From the IMG/VR virus record IMGVR_UViG_3300019487_000026, positions 25,344 to 89,343 of that record: a stretch of DNA of 64,000 nt; one strand, written 5' to 3'. Under the pieces are notes generated by a model that ran no database searches, had not been told where the DNA came from, and saw only the letters and a program-made list of their open reading frames with translations. The translations under genes were made by a program, and so were the position numbers. This DNA comes from a virus. Positions 45,877 through 55,315 of the stretch are shown piece after piece (position 1 is the stretch's first letter; each line of letters opens with the position of its first letter).

Positions 45877-46085
45877 TGGCTGGTGCAAAAACAGGGCAGA
45901 AGAAGACGGTTGGCCTTCGAGTTCGCATGTTGGATGGGAAGAGAGTTATCCCTTGCCTTTATTCTGGTCGAGCAGTGGGCCACGGAAAATATTTTGCCGC
46001 TATGATTAACGATCAGCTCATTGTTGATGAAACCGGCAAGCCATATCCGTTTGATGCAGTTGGTGAATTGGTTGAGCAAGCATGA
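45876..46085 (+). CDS. Hypothetical protein
   Basis: Coupled ORF. Confidence 0.6.
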   Translation: MAGAKTGQKKTVGLRVRMLDGKRVIPCLYSGRAVGHGKYFAAMINDQLIVDETGKPYPFDAVGELVEQA

Positions 46086-46348
46086 GCAACGGAACTGACG
46101 ATCTTGTTATTGTCAATGGTTTACCCCTTCCAACGCGTCGTCAACGTAAACGTCTTGTTGTGATTACCCTTGTGTTTTGTGCTCTTACCATCGGTTATGT
46201 GGTAGGATGGGGTGATCCAGCAAATAGTTTGCATACATCAGCTCTCGCGTGGTCGTTTGGCACAGCAGTAGCTACATTGTTTGCATATGTATTTGGAGCG
46301 GTTGCTGACAACCTGAATGTAATCAGGAATGTTTTGCAACAGAAATAG
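46082..46348 (+). CDS. Two-TM membrane protein (holin-like)
   Basis: Two hydrophobic helices. Confidence 0.6.
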   Translation: MSNGTDDLVIVNGLPLPTRRQRKRLVVITLVFCALTIGYVVGWGDPANSLHTSALAWSFGTAVATLFAYVFGAVADNLNVIRNVLQQK

Positions 46349-46351
46349 CAT

Positions 46352-46425
46352 CTCCCGGTGGCGCAATCGGCAGTCGCAACACCCTTAAAAGGTGAAATGT
46401 GAGGGTTCGAATCCCTCTCGGGAGA
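46352..46425 (+). tRNA. tRNA-Leu(TAA), short variable arm
   Basis: Cloverleaf; CCA not encoded. Confidence 0.8.
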
Positions 46426-46444
46426 CTTATGTTGGAGAGTGTGA

Positions 46445-46795
46445 GTGGAAGATCCTGTACCAGTATTGATGTATATGAACGAAGATGAGATCGTTGCTCA
46501 TCTTCTTCGATATAATCTCACCAAAACTGACAAAGACTTGTTGCGGGGGAAGCCTGCGGAAGAACTTTGCAAACTCGATGATACGTTCGGTCAGTGGATT
46601 CGTACGACATATCGTATGTGGGAGTCAAACAATCCTTTCTATGATCCGTCCACTGCAAAAGACGGAACACTGCGAATTATTGAAAAGGTGTGGTGTGTGT
46701 TAACTGGGCAATCCATTATTCGCCCTGTTGTCGAGGCAAAAGCAGAAGAGAAAGAGTATACATACGTTTATCAACATCCAGATTATTGTTGTTAG
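46445..46795 (+). CDS. Hypothetical protein
   Basis: ORF track. Confidence 0.55.
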   Translation: MEDPVPVLMYMNEDEIVAHLLRYNLTKTDKDLLRGKPAEELCKLDDTFGQWIRTTYRMWESNNPFYDPSTAKDGTLRIIEKVWCVLTGQSIIRPVVEAKAEEKEYTYVYQHPDYCC

Positions 46796-46798
46796 AAT

Positions 46799-46889
46799 GG
46801 AAGTGTGGCAGAGCGGCTGATTGCGCTTGTCTTGAAAACAAGTGATCGTGATGAGCGATCCGTGGGTTCGAATCCTACCACTTCCGCCA
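46799..46889 (+). tRNA. tRNA-Ser(TGA)
   Basis: Cloverleaf, CCA. Confidence 0.92.
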
Positions 46890-46905
46890 TATTATAGGAG
46901 ACCAT

Positions 46906-47169
46906 ATGTTTGACTTAGACGAGAAACAGAAGCAGCGACTTGACGCATGGAACGCAGAGCAAGATAAGATCGTTCTAGAATATCAACGCCGAACGTGGAC
47001 GCCTGTAGAATTCGAGGAAATGACGCTAGATGGTCAGTTTCCTTACTATGGCGCTATAGGCGGTCATCTGACCTATAAATTCACGCCAACTGGTATCGGG
47101 ACAATCGTTGCTGTTTACCATTCCGGCACACAAGCAGAAATCAATCTAACCGATTACGAGAGCTGGTAA
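46906..47169 (+). CDS. Small phage protein
   Basis: YYGAIGG.LTYKFTPTGIG...NLTDYESW. Confidence 0.7.
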   Translation: MFDLDEKQKQRLDAWNAEQDKIVLEYQRRTWTPVEFEEMTLDGQFPYYGAIGGHLTYKFTPTGIGTIVAVYHSGTQAEINLTDYESW

Positions 47170-47170
47170 T

Positions 47171-47395
47171 ATGCCGCAACAAGATAAACCTTTTGTGTTT
47201 GATCAGGCCGCTTGGTCAACAGTACTCATTGAACCCAGCCTTTGGTGGCGCATCAAAGCTCTGTTTAAACAACAGCCAATCATTTTCTGTTGGGGACAGG
47301 ATCGGTACATTACACGCGGTTTCAAAGGTGAGTGGCTCCACAGCGTCGGTGGCGTTCCAACAAAGATTCGTGAGGAGCTGGAGCGGAATGCCTAA
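47171..47395 (+). CDS. Hypothetical protein
   Basis: ORF track. Confidence 0.5.
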   Translation: MPQQDKPFVFDQAAWSTVLIEPSLWWRIKALFKQQPIIFCWGQDRYITRGFKGEWLHSVGGVPTKIREELERNA

Positions 47396-47639
47396 TTTCG
47401 GTTATCGCTTTATCAACGAGATGATCCAGCGCTGGCAAGACCGGCCTTGGATCAAGTTTGACGTGTCAACACCGTATCACCTTGGCCATCGTCGCGAGCG
47501 AGGCCACCTTCCGTTCGTTGGTCAGTACCACTTCAAGAGGTACTGCAAATTCGGGCATACTCGCTGGCAATCATACAAGCACAGCAAGATGAAAAAGCTG
47601 TATTGGCGCCTACACCCCGAATACAAAAAACATCACTAA
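47388..47639 (+). CDS. Basic hypothetical protein
   Basis: GGAG RBS. Confidence 0.5.
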   Translation: MPNFGYRFINEMIQRWQDRPWIKFDVSTPYHLGHRRERGHLPFVGQYHFKRYCKFGHTRWQSYKHSKMKKLYWRLHPEYKKHH

Positions 47640-47646
47640 ATACTAG

Positions 47647-47720
47647 ACCTCGTCCAGTGGATTCTGGCGGCAGGTTTCCTAAACCAGCATGAAGAGGTCC
47701 GATTCCTCTACGAGGTACCA
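47647..47720 (+). tRNA. Atypical tRNA-Arg(CCT)
   Basis: ACCTCGT/ACGAGGT acceptor stem; D stem directly follows the acceptor strand; CCA. Confidence 0.7.
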
Positions 47721-48866
47721 ATGAAACTGAGTGAGATCTTAGCAGAAGCAGTAATCAAGCCTGAGGCAACCTCAGAGATTATGACTGGACTGCTCGATCT
47801 TCGTGATCAAGTGATAAGTCGTGGCTTGCTGAGTCGCCTTTCGTCACTCTGGAATACAGCTCGTATCCTTTCTATTCTAAACAATGCTCCCTTTGCAAAG
47901 AAGTATGGCATTGAATTTCGGGCACTACCACCTGAAAGTAGTATACGCATTAAGGCTCGTCGCGTTCTCGGTCTCGTTGGTGGTGGTGGATCGTATATGT
48001 ACAATAAGTTCACGGGACAACCAATGGGAATTGAAGTTTTGCTTTCTCGAGAGCTGGGCCGCTTGATGAAATCGAAAGAATCTTGGCACAACGCTGTTAT
48101 TGAAATCATTCATACAATTGACCACGAGTTAGTTCATCGTGAACAACATCGTCGAGGGCGAGCAAAGAATCCTCTCGCGATTCCAAAACCAACCTCTTCG
48201 AAAGGAGATCAACAAAAATACTATGGTGATCCACGAGAGATCATGGCATATGCTCGAGAAGCCGCGCAACAACTTATGCTCAACGGTGTATCACGTCGTG
48301 CTTTGATCCGTTTAATGCAAGACCCGTCCATGCTCGCCGAACCTTCACTGCTAAGCTTTTCCCCAGCTGTCTATCAATATCGGAAAACGTTCTCACCCAA
48401 CCATCCTGTTTATCGCAAATTCGTCCGCTATGTTGTTGACTATTTGAAGGACGAAGAACCAATGGCAGAAGCTACAGATGCTCTGCAAGCATTCCGTACA
48501 ATGATGTATCCCGGAAAAGCGGACTACGATACTCGACCACTTGCCACACGCAAAGGACCAGGAATTTTTATATGGGACGACGAGGGAGATGTTGTCATAC
48601 GATTGATTGACGTTCCTTCGATTGAGAATTATTACGCCCGTCTCGATAGAATTCAGAAACAAAGCACGTCGGGCGAAAAAGCAATTGATGCGTTGTTCAA
48701 TACGGGTAGCGGACATCCTCTGGGTGCCGAAGAGTTGCTGCGCCATAAAGATAAGGTCGAAAAAGCCGAATACGTTCCTTTCACTACGTGGTATAATAGC
48801 GTTCATAACTGGTATAGGTCAGGCCAAGATGATTACGAGCCCTTGCATCAACATTTGCACTTATGA
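47721..48866 (+). CDS. HEXXH-containing late protein (MKLSEILAE start)
   Basis: HELVHREQ...YYGDPREIMAYA. Confidence 0.7.
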   Translation: MKLSEILAEAVIKPEATSEIMTGLLDLRDQVISRGLLSRLSSLWNTARILSILNNAPFAKKYGIEFRALPPESSIRIKARRVLGLVGGGGSYMYNKFTGQPMGIEVLLSRELGRLMKSKESWHNAVIEIIHTIDHELVHREQHRRGRAKNPLAIPKPTSSKGDQQKYYGDPREIMAYAREAAQQLMLNGVSRRALIRLMQDPSMLAEPSLLSFSPAVYQYRKTFSPNHPVYRKFVRYVVDYLKDEEPMAEATDALQAFRTMMYPGKADYDTRPLATRKGPGIFIWDDEGDVVIRLIDVPSIENYYARLDRIQKQSTSGEKAIDALFNTGSGHPLGAEELLRHKDKVEKAEYVPFTTWYNSVHNWYRSGQDDYEPLHQHLHL

Positions 48867-49050
48867 TAAAAACACTTGGACCTGCACAGGCTGTTTTCGT
48901 ACAGCCGATGAGATTGCTCAATGGCCAACGATGACTGAGCACGAGCGCACAGAAACACTCAAGCGTTGTCAGCAAAGAGCCATTGCCGTAAAATACCCTC
49001 TTTCAACTGGTCAATCTCATGGAAATTTGGTGGACAATCACGGTCGTTGA
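48829..49050 (+). CDS. DUF1289-like Cys-rich protein
   Basis: SPCINIC...CTGCFRT.DEI..W. Confidence 0.75.
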   Translation: MITSPCINICTYDKNTWTCTGCFRTADEIAQWPTMTEHERTETLKRCQQRAIAVKYPLSTGQSHGNLVDNHGR

Positions 49051-49253
49051 CTGCAACCAGATAACTTGGGAGCATCGAATATGCTTTGATGCTGGAGAGT
49101 TCTGGGGTGTGGAGAATTTGACCCGATTGTTTCCAGATACAGGCGCTTGGACGTTGTTTTTAGCGCAACTTTTCACGTCTAAAACCGGCCAAATAAATAG
49201 ACTTACAAATAGAGACGGTGAGACTAGCCAGTTGTCATGGGAACAGGATTAGG

Positions 49254-49356
49254 GCTGGCTTAGCTCAGTTGGTAGAGCTCCTGATTTGTTGAATGTCTTT
49301 TTTGAGGACATTGAACAATCAGGAGGTCGAGGGTTCGAGTCCTTCAGCCAGCACCA
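49254..49356 (+). tRNA. tRNA-Thr(TGT) with a 27-nt hairpin insert (49290-49316) between positions 36 and 37
   Basis: Removing the insert gives a canonical 76-nt tRNA-Thr with CCTGA-TTTGTAA-TCAGG. Confidence 0.9.
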
Positions 49357-49385
49357 ACTTTTTCCACCGTCTGGGAGAGCAGGCG

Positions 49386-50051
49386 GTGCGCAATAATATC
49401 GAAATTGACGTCAAAAAGCTTCCCAAGCGTTGCCGGTCGTTCGTTGAGGATACAATCACGTATGCTAACGAGAATGGCTGTGCCGTTCGACTCCTCAATG
49501 CAGATACCCTATACAGCGATGTTGCGGAGACTATGCCTGTCGAGGGATACCTGGAGGGAGACGGCAAGTTCCTCTCCGTTGCATGCGGCTCCCTACAACC
49601 ACTTTACGCATGGATCGGTGTTCTATGTCATGAAAGCTGCCATCTCGATCAATTCCTTCAAAACAAGCCACTCTGGAACAAAATGGATTATTATAACAGC
49701 GATGCGTTGAATATGTTTGATGACTGGATTGCTGGCAAGAAATACAAACCTCGTACGATTTCGTCATGTGTCTCAAAGATTCAACAGATCGAACTAGATT
49801 GCGAAGAACGAACGGTTGAAAAGATTCTTTGCTACGATCTTCCAATTGATCTCAACTATTACATTCCTAGCGCTAATGCGTATATCATGCTGTACAGAGC
49901 CGTTTCCCATCTTCGCCGTTGGTATACTCCCGGCAAGGAACCGCACAACAACTTGAAAATTGTCCGTGCAATGCCCGGCAGTTTTCTCTCCCTGACCACA
50001 TTCGCTAATATTCCCAAAGACCTGTTGACCCTTTACGACCAAGCAATGTAA
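49386..50051 (+). CDS. HEXXH metallopeptidase-like protein
   Basis: CHESCHLDQ...ELDCE. Confidence 0.65.
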   Translation: MRNNIEIDVKKLPKRCRSFVEDTITYANENGCAVRLLNADTLYSDVAETMPVEGYLEGDGKFLSVACGSLQPLYAWIGVLCHESCHLDQFLQNKPLWNKMDYYNSDALNMFDDWIAGKKYKPRTISSCVSKIQQIELDCEERTVEKILCYDLPIDLNYYIPSANAYIMLYRAVSHLRRWYTPGKEPHNNLKIVRAMPGSFLSLTTFANIPKDLLTLYDQAM

Positions 50052-50060
50052 GATTTGTGC

Positions 50061-50477
50061 ATGAGCTATGCAAACACCGAAACCTGGTTTGATGAAGACG
50101 ATAGGTGGGGCCGTCGGACTTCCTGCGTGAAACACATTGGAGACGTTGCGGCACTAATAGAAATGTACAATCTAGCACAGAAACGGCTCCGACATTACTA
50201 CAATCGTGCAACTGATCTCAAGCAGGTCCAGGCCGAATGGAGGAAGTATAATTGGCCGAGAGGAAGTCAAGGGACAGGTTCCTGTCCAATCCACGAGCAT
50301 CTTGCTGAGGTACCAAAGAATTTTGACTGCACGACGTATTCCGGTTTTCCCCTCGAAGAAGAATTGCGCCGAATGTTCGATGAAATTTTTGCCACTCTCG
50401 ATGTGCTTACTCGCTGTAGGGCGAAAGTCGATTATCTAAAAAGCAAAAATGGACTTCCCGCCTCGTTTCATATATAA
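50061..50477 (+). CDS. Hypothetical protein
   Basis: ORF track. Confidence 0.5.
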   Translation: MSYANTETWFDEDDRWGRRTSCVKHIGDVAALIEMYNLAQKRLRHYYNRATDLKQVQAEWRKYNWPRGSQGTGSCPIHEHLAEVPKNFDCTTYSGFPLEEELRRMFDEIFATLDVLTRCRAKVDYLKSKNGLPASFHI

Positions 50478-50539
50478 TGATTGTGTATCGCTCATTGTGA
50501 GGGTACGCTTTAAATTTTATTGCTCATTGGAGAATAAAC

Positions 50540-51025
50540 ATGACGCTCAAACTACCTAAATTCCCTTCGTGGAATGCCTCAAAAGCTGAAGTGTTCAAAG
50601 GTGTTGAAGACCTTTTGACTGAAGCAAACAACGTCTGGCTTGACGCCGAAAGAATGTTCGATGAATTCGAACAGCAATTCCCCCTTGGCGTTCGACATTC
50701 GAACTTTCCTCCTCGCAACATTGTAAAAACTGACACAGGCTACGAGCTTGCTTTCGCCGTTGCTGGTTTCAAGCGTGATGACTTATCGGTCGAAGTTGAT
50801 TCGAACAATGTGTTGAAAGTTGCTGGCGACAAACCGGTGCGACCGGGTACCCAAGACGCCGACTATCTATTCCGAGGAATTGCAACACGTCAGTTCGAAA
50901 ATCGAATGCAGCTGCTTGATGGTGATAAAGTCAAGAACGTTAAGTTCGCTGACGGTATCCTGTCAATTGTTATCGAACGCACGCCAGCTGTAGAGCCAAC
51001 AACGACCAAACTGACAATCGAGTAA
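50540..51025 (+). CDS. Small heat-shock protein (Hsp20, IbpA-like)
   Basis: FPP.NIVK...AVAGF...RGIATRQF...DGILSI. Confidence 0.92.
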   Translation: MTLKLPKFPSWNASKAEVFKGVEDLLTEANNVWLDAERMFDEFEQQFPLGVRHSNFPPRNIVKTDTGYELAFAVAGFKRDDLSVEVDSNNVLKVAGDKPVRPGTQDADYLFRGIATRQFENRMQLLDGDKVKNVKFADGILSIVIERTPAVEPTTTKLTIE

Positions 51026-51123
51026 AGCCATGTGGAAAAATATCAAACCACTTTTGTGGTACCTGGCAACTATTGTCTTTCTTGTTGGATTGCTGCACTT
51101 TTTGGTGCATTCTGCCGCTGTCT

Positions 51124-51153
51124 AAGAAAGGGGCTTGTGGCCCCTTTCTTTTT
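51124..51153 (+). terminator. Intrinsic terminator
   Basis: AAGAAAGGGGC-TTGTG-GCCCCTTTCTT-TTT. Confidence 0.8.
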
Positions 51154-51320
51154 CATTTACACTAGGGAGATGAAATCAATCACCATCACCCTTCCGGCCG
51201 ATCAAGCGAGTGCATACATCGCTTCGCTTCAATTCGTCATTCCTTTTCTGGAACAAGATTGGGTTTGCATGAGTGCTTGTAATTTTCTTGATCAACTTCG
51301 AGCTGATTTGACCACTGCCT

Positions 51321-51620
51321 ATGCCAAAGAGCAAAACGCTAGCCAGCCTGGCGAAGAAATTTCAAGTTCTTGATCTTGCCGATGAGCTCCCGAGCGGCAA
51401 GTACAAGGGCACGACTGTGTTCTGTGTTCTGACCGAGAATCCGAGCTATCTTGTTTGGTTTCATAACAACACGAAATACAAGCTCAAGGAACGAATCTTT
51501 GAGACAGCCCAGCGTTTGATTACAGACGACCGTCCGAAAAAAAGCCCATTCGATGCTACGTTCGAGGATCTCAGCGATGAAGAACGACGAGCAATACTCA
51601 AACTCTATCATGGAACGTAG
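51321..51620 (+). CDS. Small protein (GKYKG...PSYLVW motif)
   Basis: ORF track. Confidence 0.55.
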   Translation: MPKSKTLASLAKKFQVLDLADELPSGKYKGTTVFCVLTENPSYLVWFHNNTKYKLKERIFETAQRLITDDRPKKSPFDATFEDLSDEERRAILKLYHGT

Positions 51621-51655
51621 TTGTCAAACTGTAAATAATAGGGTATCATATTGAA

Positions 51656-51875
51656 ATCGTAGTCCTGGTTCATCGCTGTGCATTCGTTGCATAGAGGAAA
51701 GTCAGGACTGACACGGGCAAATGTTCAAGCTCTGTGGGCGAGGAAACTCGTTAACACCTCAACTTGACTGTCAGCAACCCAAACAGGTAGCAATGACTTG
51801 GCACCGACGAGCTACCGGGTCGGGGCGCAGATGAATGATGAACTAAAACAGAATCCTGCTTACGGGGACTACGAT
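51656..51875 (+). ncRNA. rnpB: RNase P RNA, minimal (220 nt)
   Basis: P1 ATCGTAGTCC/GGACTACGAT; P2 GTTCATCG/TGATGAAC; conserved GAGGAAAGTCAGGA and AACAGAATCCTGCTTA forming P4. Confidence 0.88.
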
Positions 51876-51903
51876 AAATACCCTCTTGAAATGAGGGAGA
51901 TAA

Positions 51904-52653
51904 ATGCGACTTCTTGAAGTGCTCACTGCACCCGTTCATATCAACAAACGAGGTACACTTGTTGTCCTTCCGAGTTTTGTTGAAAAAGACTTTCGTCTCG
52001 ACATGGTCGAATATGCATGCTTGTACAAACAAGTCGTGTATACGATTAGTGGTCTTACTAATGTCCCCCGACAAATTATTGCCGATGCTCTTAATGTTCC
52101 CGCAAAGGGATTTTACGGCCACAAGCTTGCAGAGATTATTGATAACGTAAACCGAACACCCGTCGATCATGATGGTGTTCGGTATCGGTTTCGTGTTGGT
52201 GTGCAAACATACTCGACGGTTCAACAAGCGATCGATGCAGTGCAGAGTGGACAACCCGTGATTGCTTTTACGAACATTCATGATGCGCTCTCTTACCACC
52301 TCAGTGATCTTGATCGGGACGCCGCCGGCGGGTGGTCCACTCGAAAACAACGTCAGGGAATTGTTGACTTTAAAGACTCCCGCCGAATACATAATCAGCC
52401 CGCCACCAGAGCGGGCCATCATGTACTTTTGCTAATTGGGTATGATCGACGAACGAAACATTTGATTTTTCGCGAGACGGGAGCGACGTATGCATTCAAG
52501 GGCTACGCAAAAGTTTCTCGAGAAATTCTAGAAACCCACCCACATTTCGTCCGTTTATTCCTTGCAATTGTTGTTCAAGACCTAAAAAAGAAACCGATAA
52601 ATACGAGCCACAAAGGAAAAACCGATGAAATTCCTCCAACAACTCGAAGGTAG
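51904..52653 (+). CDS. Papain-like peptidase fold protein (possible)
   Basis: GHHVLLLIGYD...GYAKV. Confidence 0.5.
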   Translation: MRLLEVLTAPVHINKRGTLVVLPSFVEKDFRLDMVEYACLYKQVVYTISGLTNVPRQIIADALNVPAKGFYGHKLAEIIDNVNRTPVDHDGVRYRFRVGVQTYSTVQQAIDAVQSGQPVIAFTNIHDALSYHLSDLDRDAAGGWSTRKQRQGIVDFKDSRRIHNQPATRAGHHVLLLIGYDRRTKHLIFRETGATYAFKGYAKVSREILETHPHFVRLFLAIVVQDLKKKPINTSHKGKTDEIPPTTRR

Positions 52654-53692
52654 TCGCCTTCAACTTGTAAGTCGCGAGAAGGCTTACTCGAATGTCAAAT
52701 TCCATGAACGGTTCGGAACGTTTCTTGAAGCTTTACGCTGTGAGAATTTAATTACCGAATCCGAACGGTTTACAGTCGAGCGCGGCTACTGCTGGGCCGA
52801 CGACGTTCGTCAAGACGGTATTCTGCTGATTACCGAAGACCTTCCAACGATTACAAAACAAACAAAGCGGCTTATTGTTGCTGGAACACCAACACTACTT
52901 CAAATATTTGAGCACGTCCTGTCTCGATATGCAACGTACTGCATCGAAGAAGATATTGAACCGTCCGATATTGAACTAGATCCACAATACCACGAGAAGC
53001 TCAACCCAACTCTGTGGGATGAATACGAAGATGAGTTTCGATTGAAAACAGATGTCCGTAAGGCACTATGGGAAATCGCGGAACAATTCTTGAAGAATCT
53101 CAAGATGCCATCAATGGAAATCATTGACGCTCTGTTCACTGGAAGTAATGCAAACTACAACTGGACGGACGATAGTGATATTGACCTCCACATTGTTGTC
53201 GATGTCGCTCAAGCCACACGTCGATACGGTGATATAACTCCTGAATATCTTCAAGCCAAGCAGCGTCTTTGGAGTGAACAACACGACATCAAGATTCACG
53301 GTAAGCCTATTGAAGTCTATGTACAAGATGTTCACGAGCCACACGTTTCCACCGGCATGTATTCGTTGAAAGAAGAACAGTGGGCTACCGAGCCAAAACA
53401 CGAACAACCAACTATTCATACTGTTGACGTTCGTACAAAAGCAGCTTCGCTCGCAAATCGTATCAACGACATGACCGACCACAACTGTAATCCAAAGCGT
53501 GCTGAAGAGATGCTTGACAAACTACGCATCTATCGTCGAGCAGGACTTGCAAAGGGTGGTGAGTTTTGTGTCGAAAATCTTGTATTCAAGTATCTGCGCT
53601 CCAATGGTTATCTCGAGAAGCTTTCACAATGTAAACGGCAGGGCTTTGATTCGGCTTTGTCGGTTGAAGACGAAGAGTGGTGGAAGGAATGA
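52625..53692 (+). CDS. Pol-beta-family nucleotidyltransferase
   Basis: TGSNANYNW...SDIDLH...IEVYVQ. Confidence 0.8.
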   Translation: MKFLQQLEGSRLQLVSREKAYSNVKFHERFGTFLEALRCENLITESERFTVERGYCWADDVRQDGILLITEDLPTITKQTKRLIVAGTPTLLQIFEHVLSRYATYCIEEDIEPSDIELDPQYHEKLNPTLWDEYEDEFRLKTDVRKALWEIAEQFLKNLKMPSMEIIDALFTGSNANYNWTDDSDIDLHIVVDVAQATRRYGDITPEYLQAKQRLWSEQHDIKIHGKPIEVYVQDVHEPHVSTGMYSLKEEQWATEPKHEQPTIHTVDVRTKAASLANRINDMTDHNCNPKRAEEMLDKLRIYRRAGLAKGGEFCVENLVFKYLRSNGYLEKLSQCKRQGFDSALSVEDEEWWKE

Positions 53693-53882
53693 TTTCTTTT
53701 GTTCTTGAGGGACGTCGAGACCGCGTTCTCGCGATCATGCAGCAGCTCCATACCTTTCATTCGTATGAAGATCGTCTTGCTTTCGTTTACGAACTTATCC
53801 GACATCAACAAATTAGTCTGAAAGACTATCTTGCTGTTATGGAGCATCTCTACACATCGCGGACCTATCTTGGAGGTCGCTA

Positions 53883-54374
53883 ATGGATAGCAAACTCGTT
53901 CTTGACTATTTCACACAACAAGAACAACGACTTGAAGAACGGTTAGGATTCTTGCACAAGCGGTTAAAGTATGCAATCGACCAAATAGCTGATTTGTATG
54001 CTGAAAATGTTGCCAATGTTCGATTCGTGCGCGAGCCCGAATTGCGTTTTGCATCTGATCGTCCATTATTGGTATTTGAGATTGATTCGCAGCATTATAA
54101 ACTGCACGGTAAGGCAATACGTCAGTCTCACATTCAGTCAAACGATTTCCCATTTCATCTCGCCTCACGCATTGTCGCTGCGAAGAATCTTATTCATTAT
54201 CGAAGAGGAGTGGCAACGATTAAAACCGAACCGCGTTTTGACGAAATAAGCGCATTACTGAAAACTGTTCACACAGACCTGTCAGCTTATCGAAAAGCAT
54301 ATGAGTTAATGAATAAATACAGAAAGACACGTTATTTCGTTCAGAACGAGTTGACAGACTATGAAGCTACTTGA
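53883..54374 (+). CDS. Hypothetical protein
   Basis: GGAGG RBS. Confidence 0.6.
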   Translation: MDSKLVLDYFTQQEQRLEERLGFLHKRLKYAIDQIADLYAENVANVRFVREPELRFASDRPLLVFEIDSQHYKLHGKAIRQSHIQSNDFPFHLASRIVAAKNLIHYRRGVATIKTEPRFDEISALLKTVHTDLSAYRKAYELMNKYRKTRYFVQNELTDYEAT

Positions 54375-54672
54375 TATTCTTACGGAAGACATGGTTGACA
54401 AAAGCGAGTTTGTCAACCAGATTGATCAAATGATGACGTTCTTGTCCTTTGCTGCAAAGGGCGACGAACTAACGTCATCTGTGTTCAAACGATACACAGG
54501 TGTAAATCCCGATGAAATTCAAGACGAAGAATACTATAGACTACTATACAATCTATCTCCAGAAGATCTTGCTGGCTTGATGCACAAGCTGCAAGGCCTC
54601 TTGCAACAACATCATGAGCTGCATCAAATCGCCACCAAGGCGAAGCAGCAGCGACAGCGATGGTTGCATTGA
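54361..54672 (+). CDS. Hypothetical protein (MKLLDILTE start)
   Basis: ORF track. Confidence 0.6.
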   Translation: MKLLDILTEDMVDKSEFVNQIDQMMTFLSFAAKGDELTSSVFKRYTGVNPDEIQDEEYYRLLYNLSPEDLAGLMHKLQGLLQQHHELHQIATKAKQQRQRWLH

Positions 54673-54816
54673 TAACTCTTTTGAAAGGAGAATAACATGG
54701 ATCTAGTAGCGCTTGTAGTGGGTATCGCAGTTGGTGCCGTTTTCTCACCATTTTGGATGAAAGTATGGGAAATGGTAAAGGCGTTTGTTCAGTCAAAAGT
54801 GGGGTAAGGACGTGAA

Positions 54817-55164
54817 ATGAATTCCCTGGTCCGGCTTGTGTTTTGGGGGACATTATGGCTAGTCGCTTGGATTGCGACTACGATTGTCCGTGGCCTCACC
54901 AAACAACCCCGGCTGGACAATTGCTTGACGTGGGCATTACGTCGTTGGGACGAAAAGGGTGGCTATCTCGTTGTTAGGTGGTGTCGAAGCTCGACATTTC
55001 ACTGGATGAGGTGGCCACATTTTTTATGGCTTCCGGAAGAGAAACATCAAGAACTTCGTCATTTTCTTCCACGTGATGATGATGGGAGTCCAGACCTTTG
55101 GCCTGACCCGTGGTTTGAGGGTTATGTCCAAACAGGCGATGACGAAGACGTGAGGGAAAATTGA
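54817..55164 (+). CDS. Trp-rich membrane-anchored protein
   Basis: ORF track. Confidence 0.55.
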   Translation: MNSLVRLVFWGTLWLVAWIATTIVRGLTKQPRLDNCLTWALRRWDEKGGYLVVRWCRSSTFHWMRWPHFLWLPEEKHQELRHFLPRDDDGSPDLWPDPWFEGYVQTGDDEDVREN

Positions 55165-55270
55165 AAACATGATTAGACTAAATACTGTTGACAAGCAGGT
55201 GTAAACCCTGTAAGTTGAATGTACGCGGATGGAGTATCCGCGAGATTGTAGTAAAGAGTTGTTTGATTTA

Positions 55271-55315
55271 CCAAACAGATAGACTGTTTGGGCATTTTGG
55301 CAAAGGAGCTTTGTC
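55271..55315 (+). promoter_or_regulatory. nadV leader: hairpin with ATAGA loop plus an SD-containing hairpin
   Basis: CCAAACAG-ATAGA-CTGTTTGG and GGCAAAG-GAG-CTTTGTC-ATG. Confidence 0.6.
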
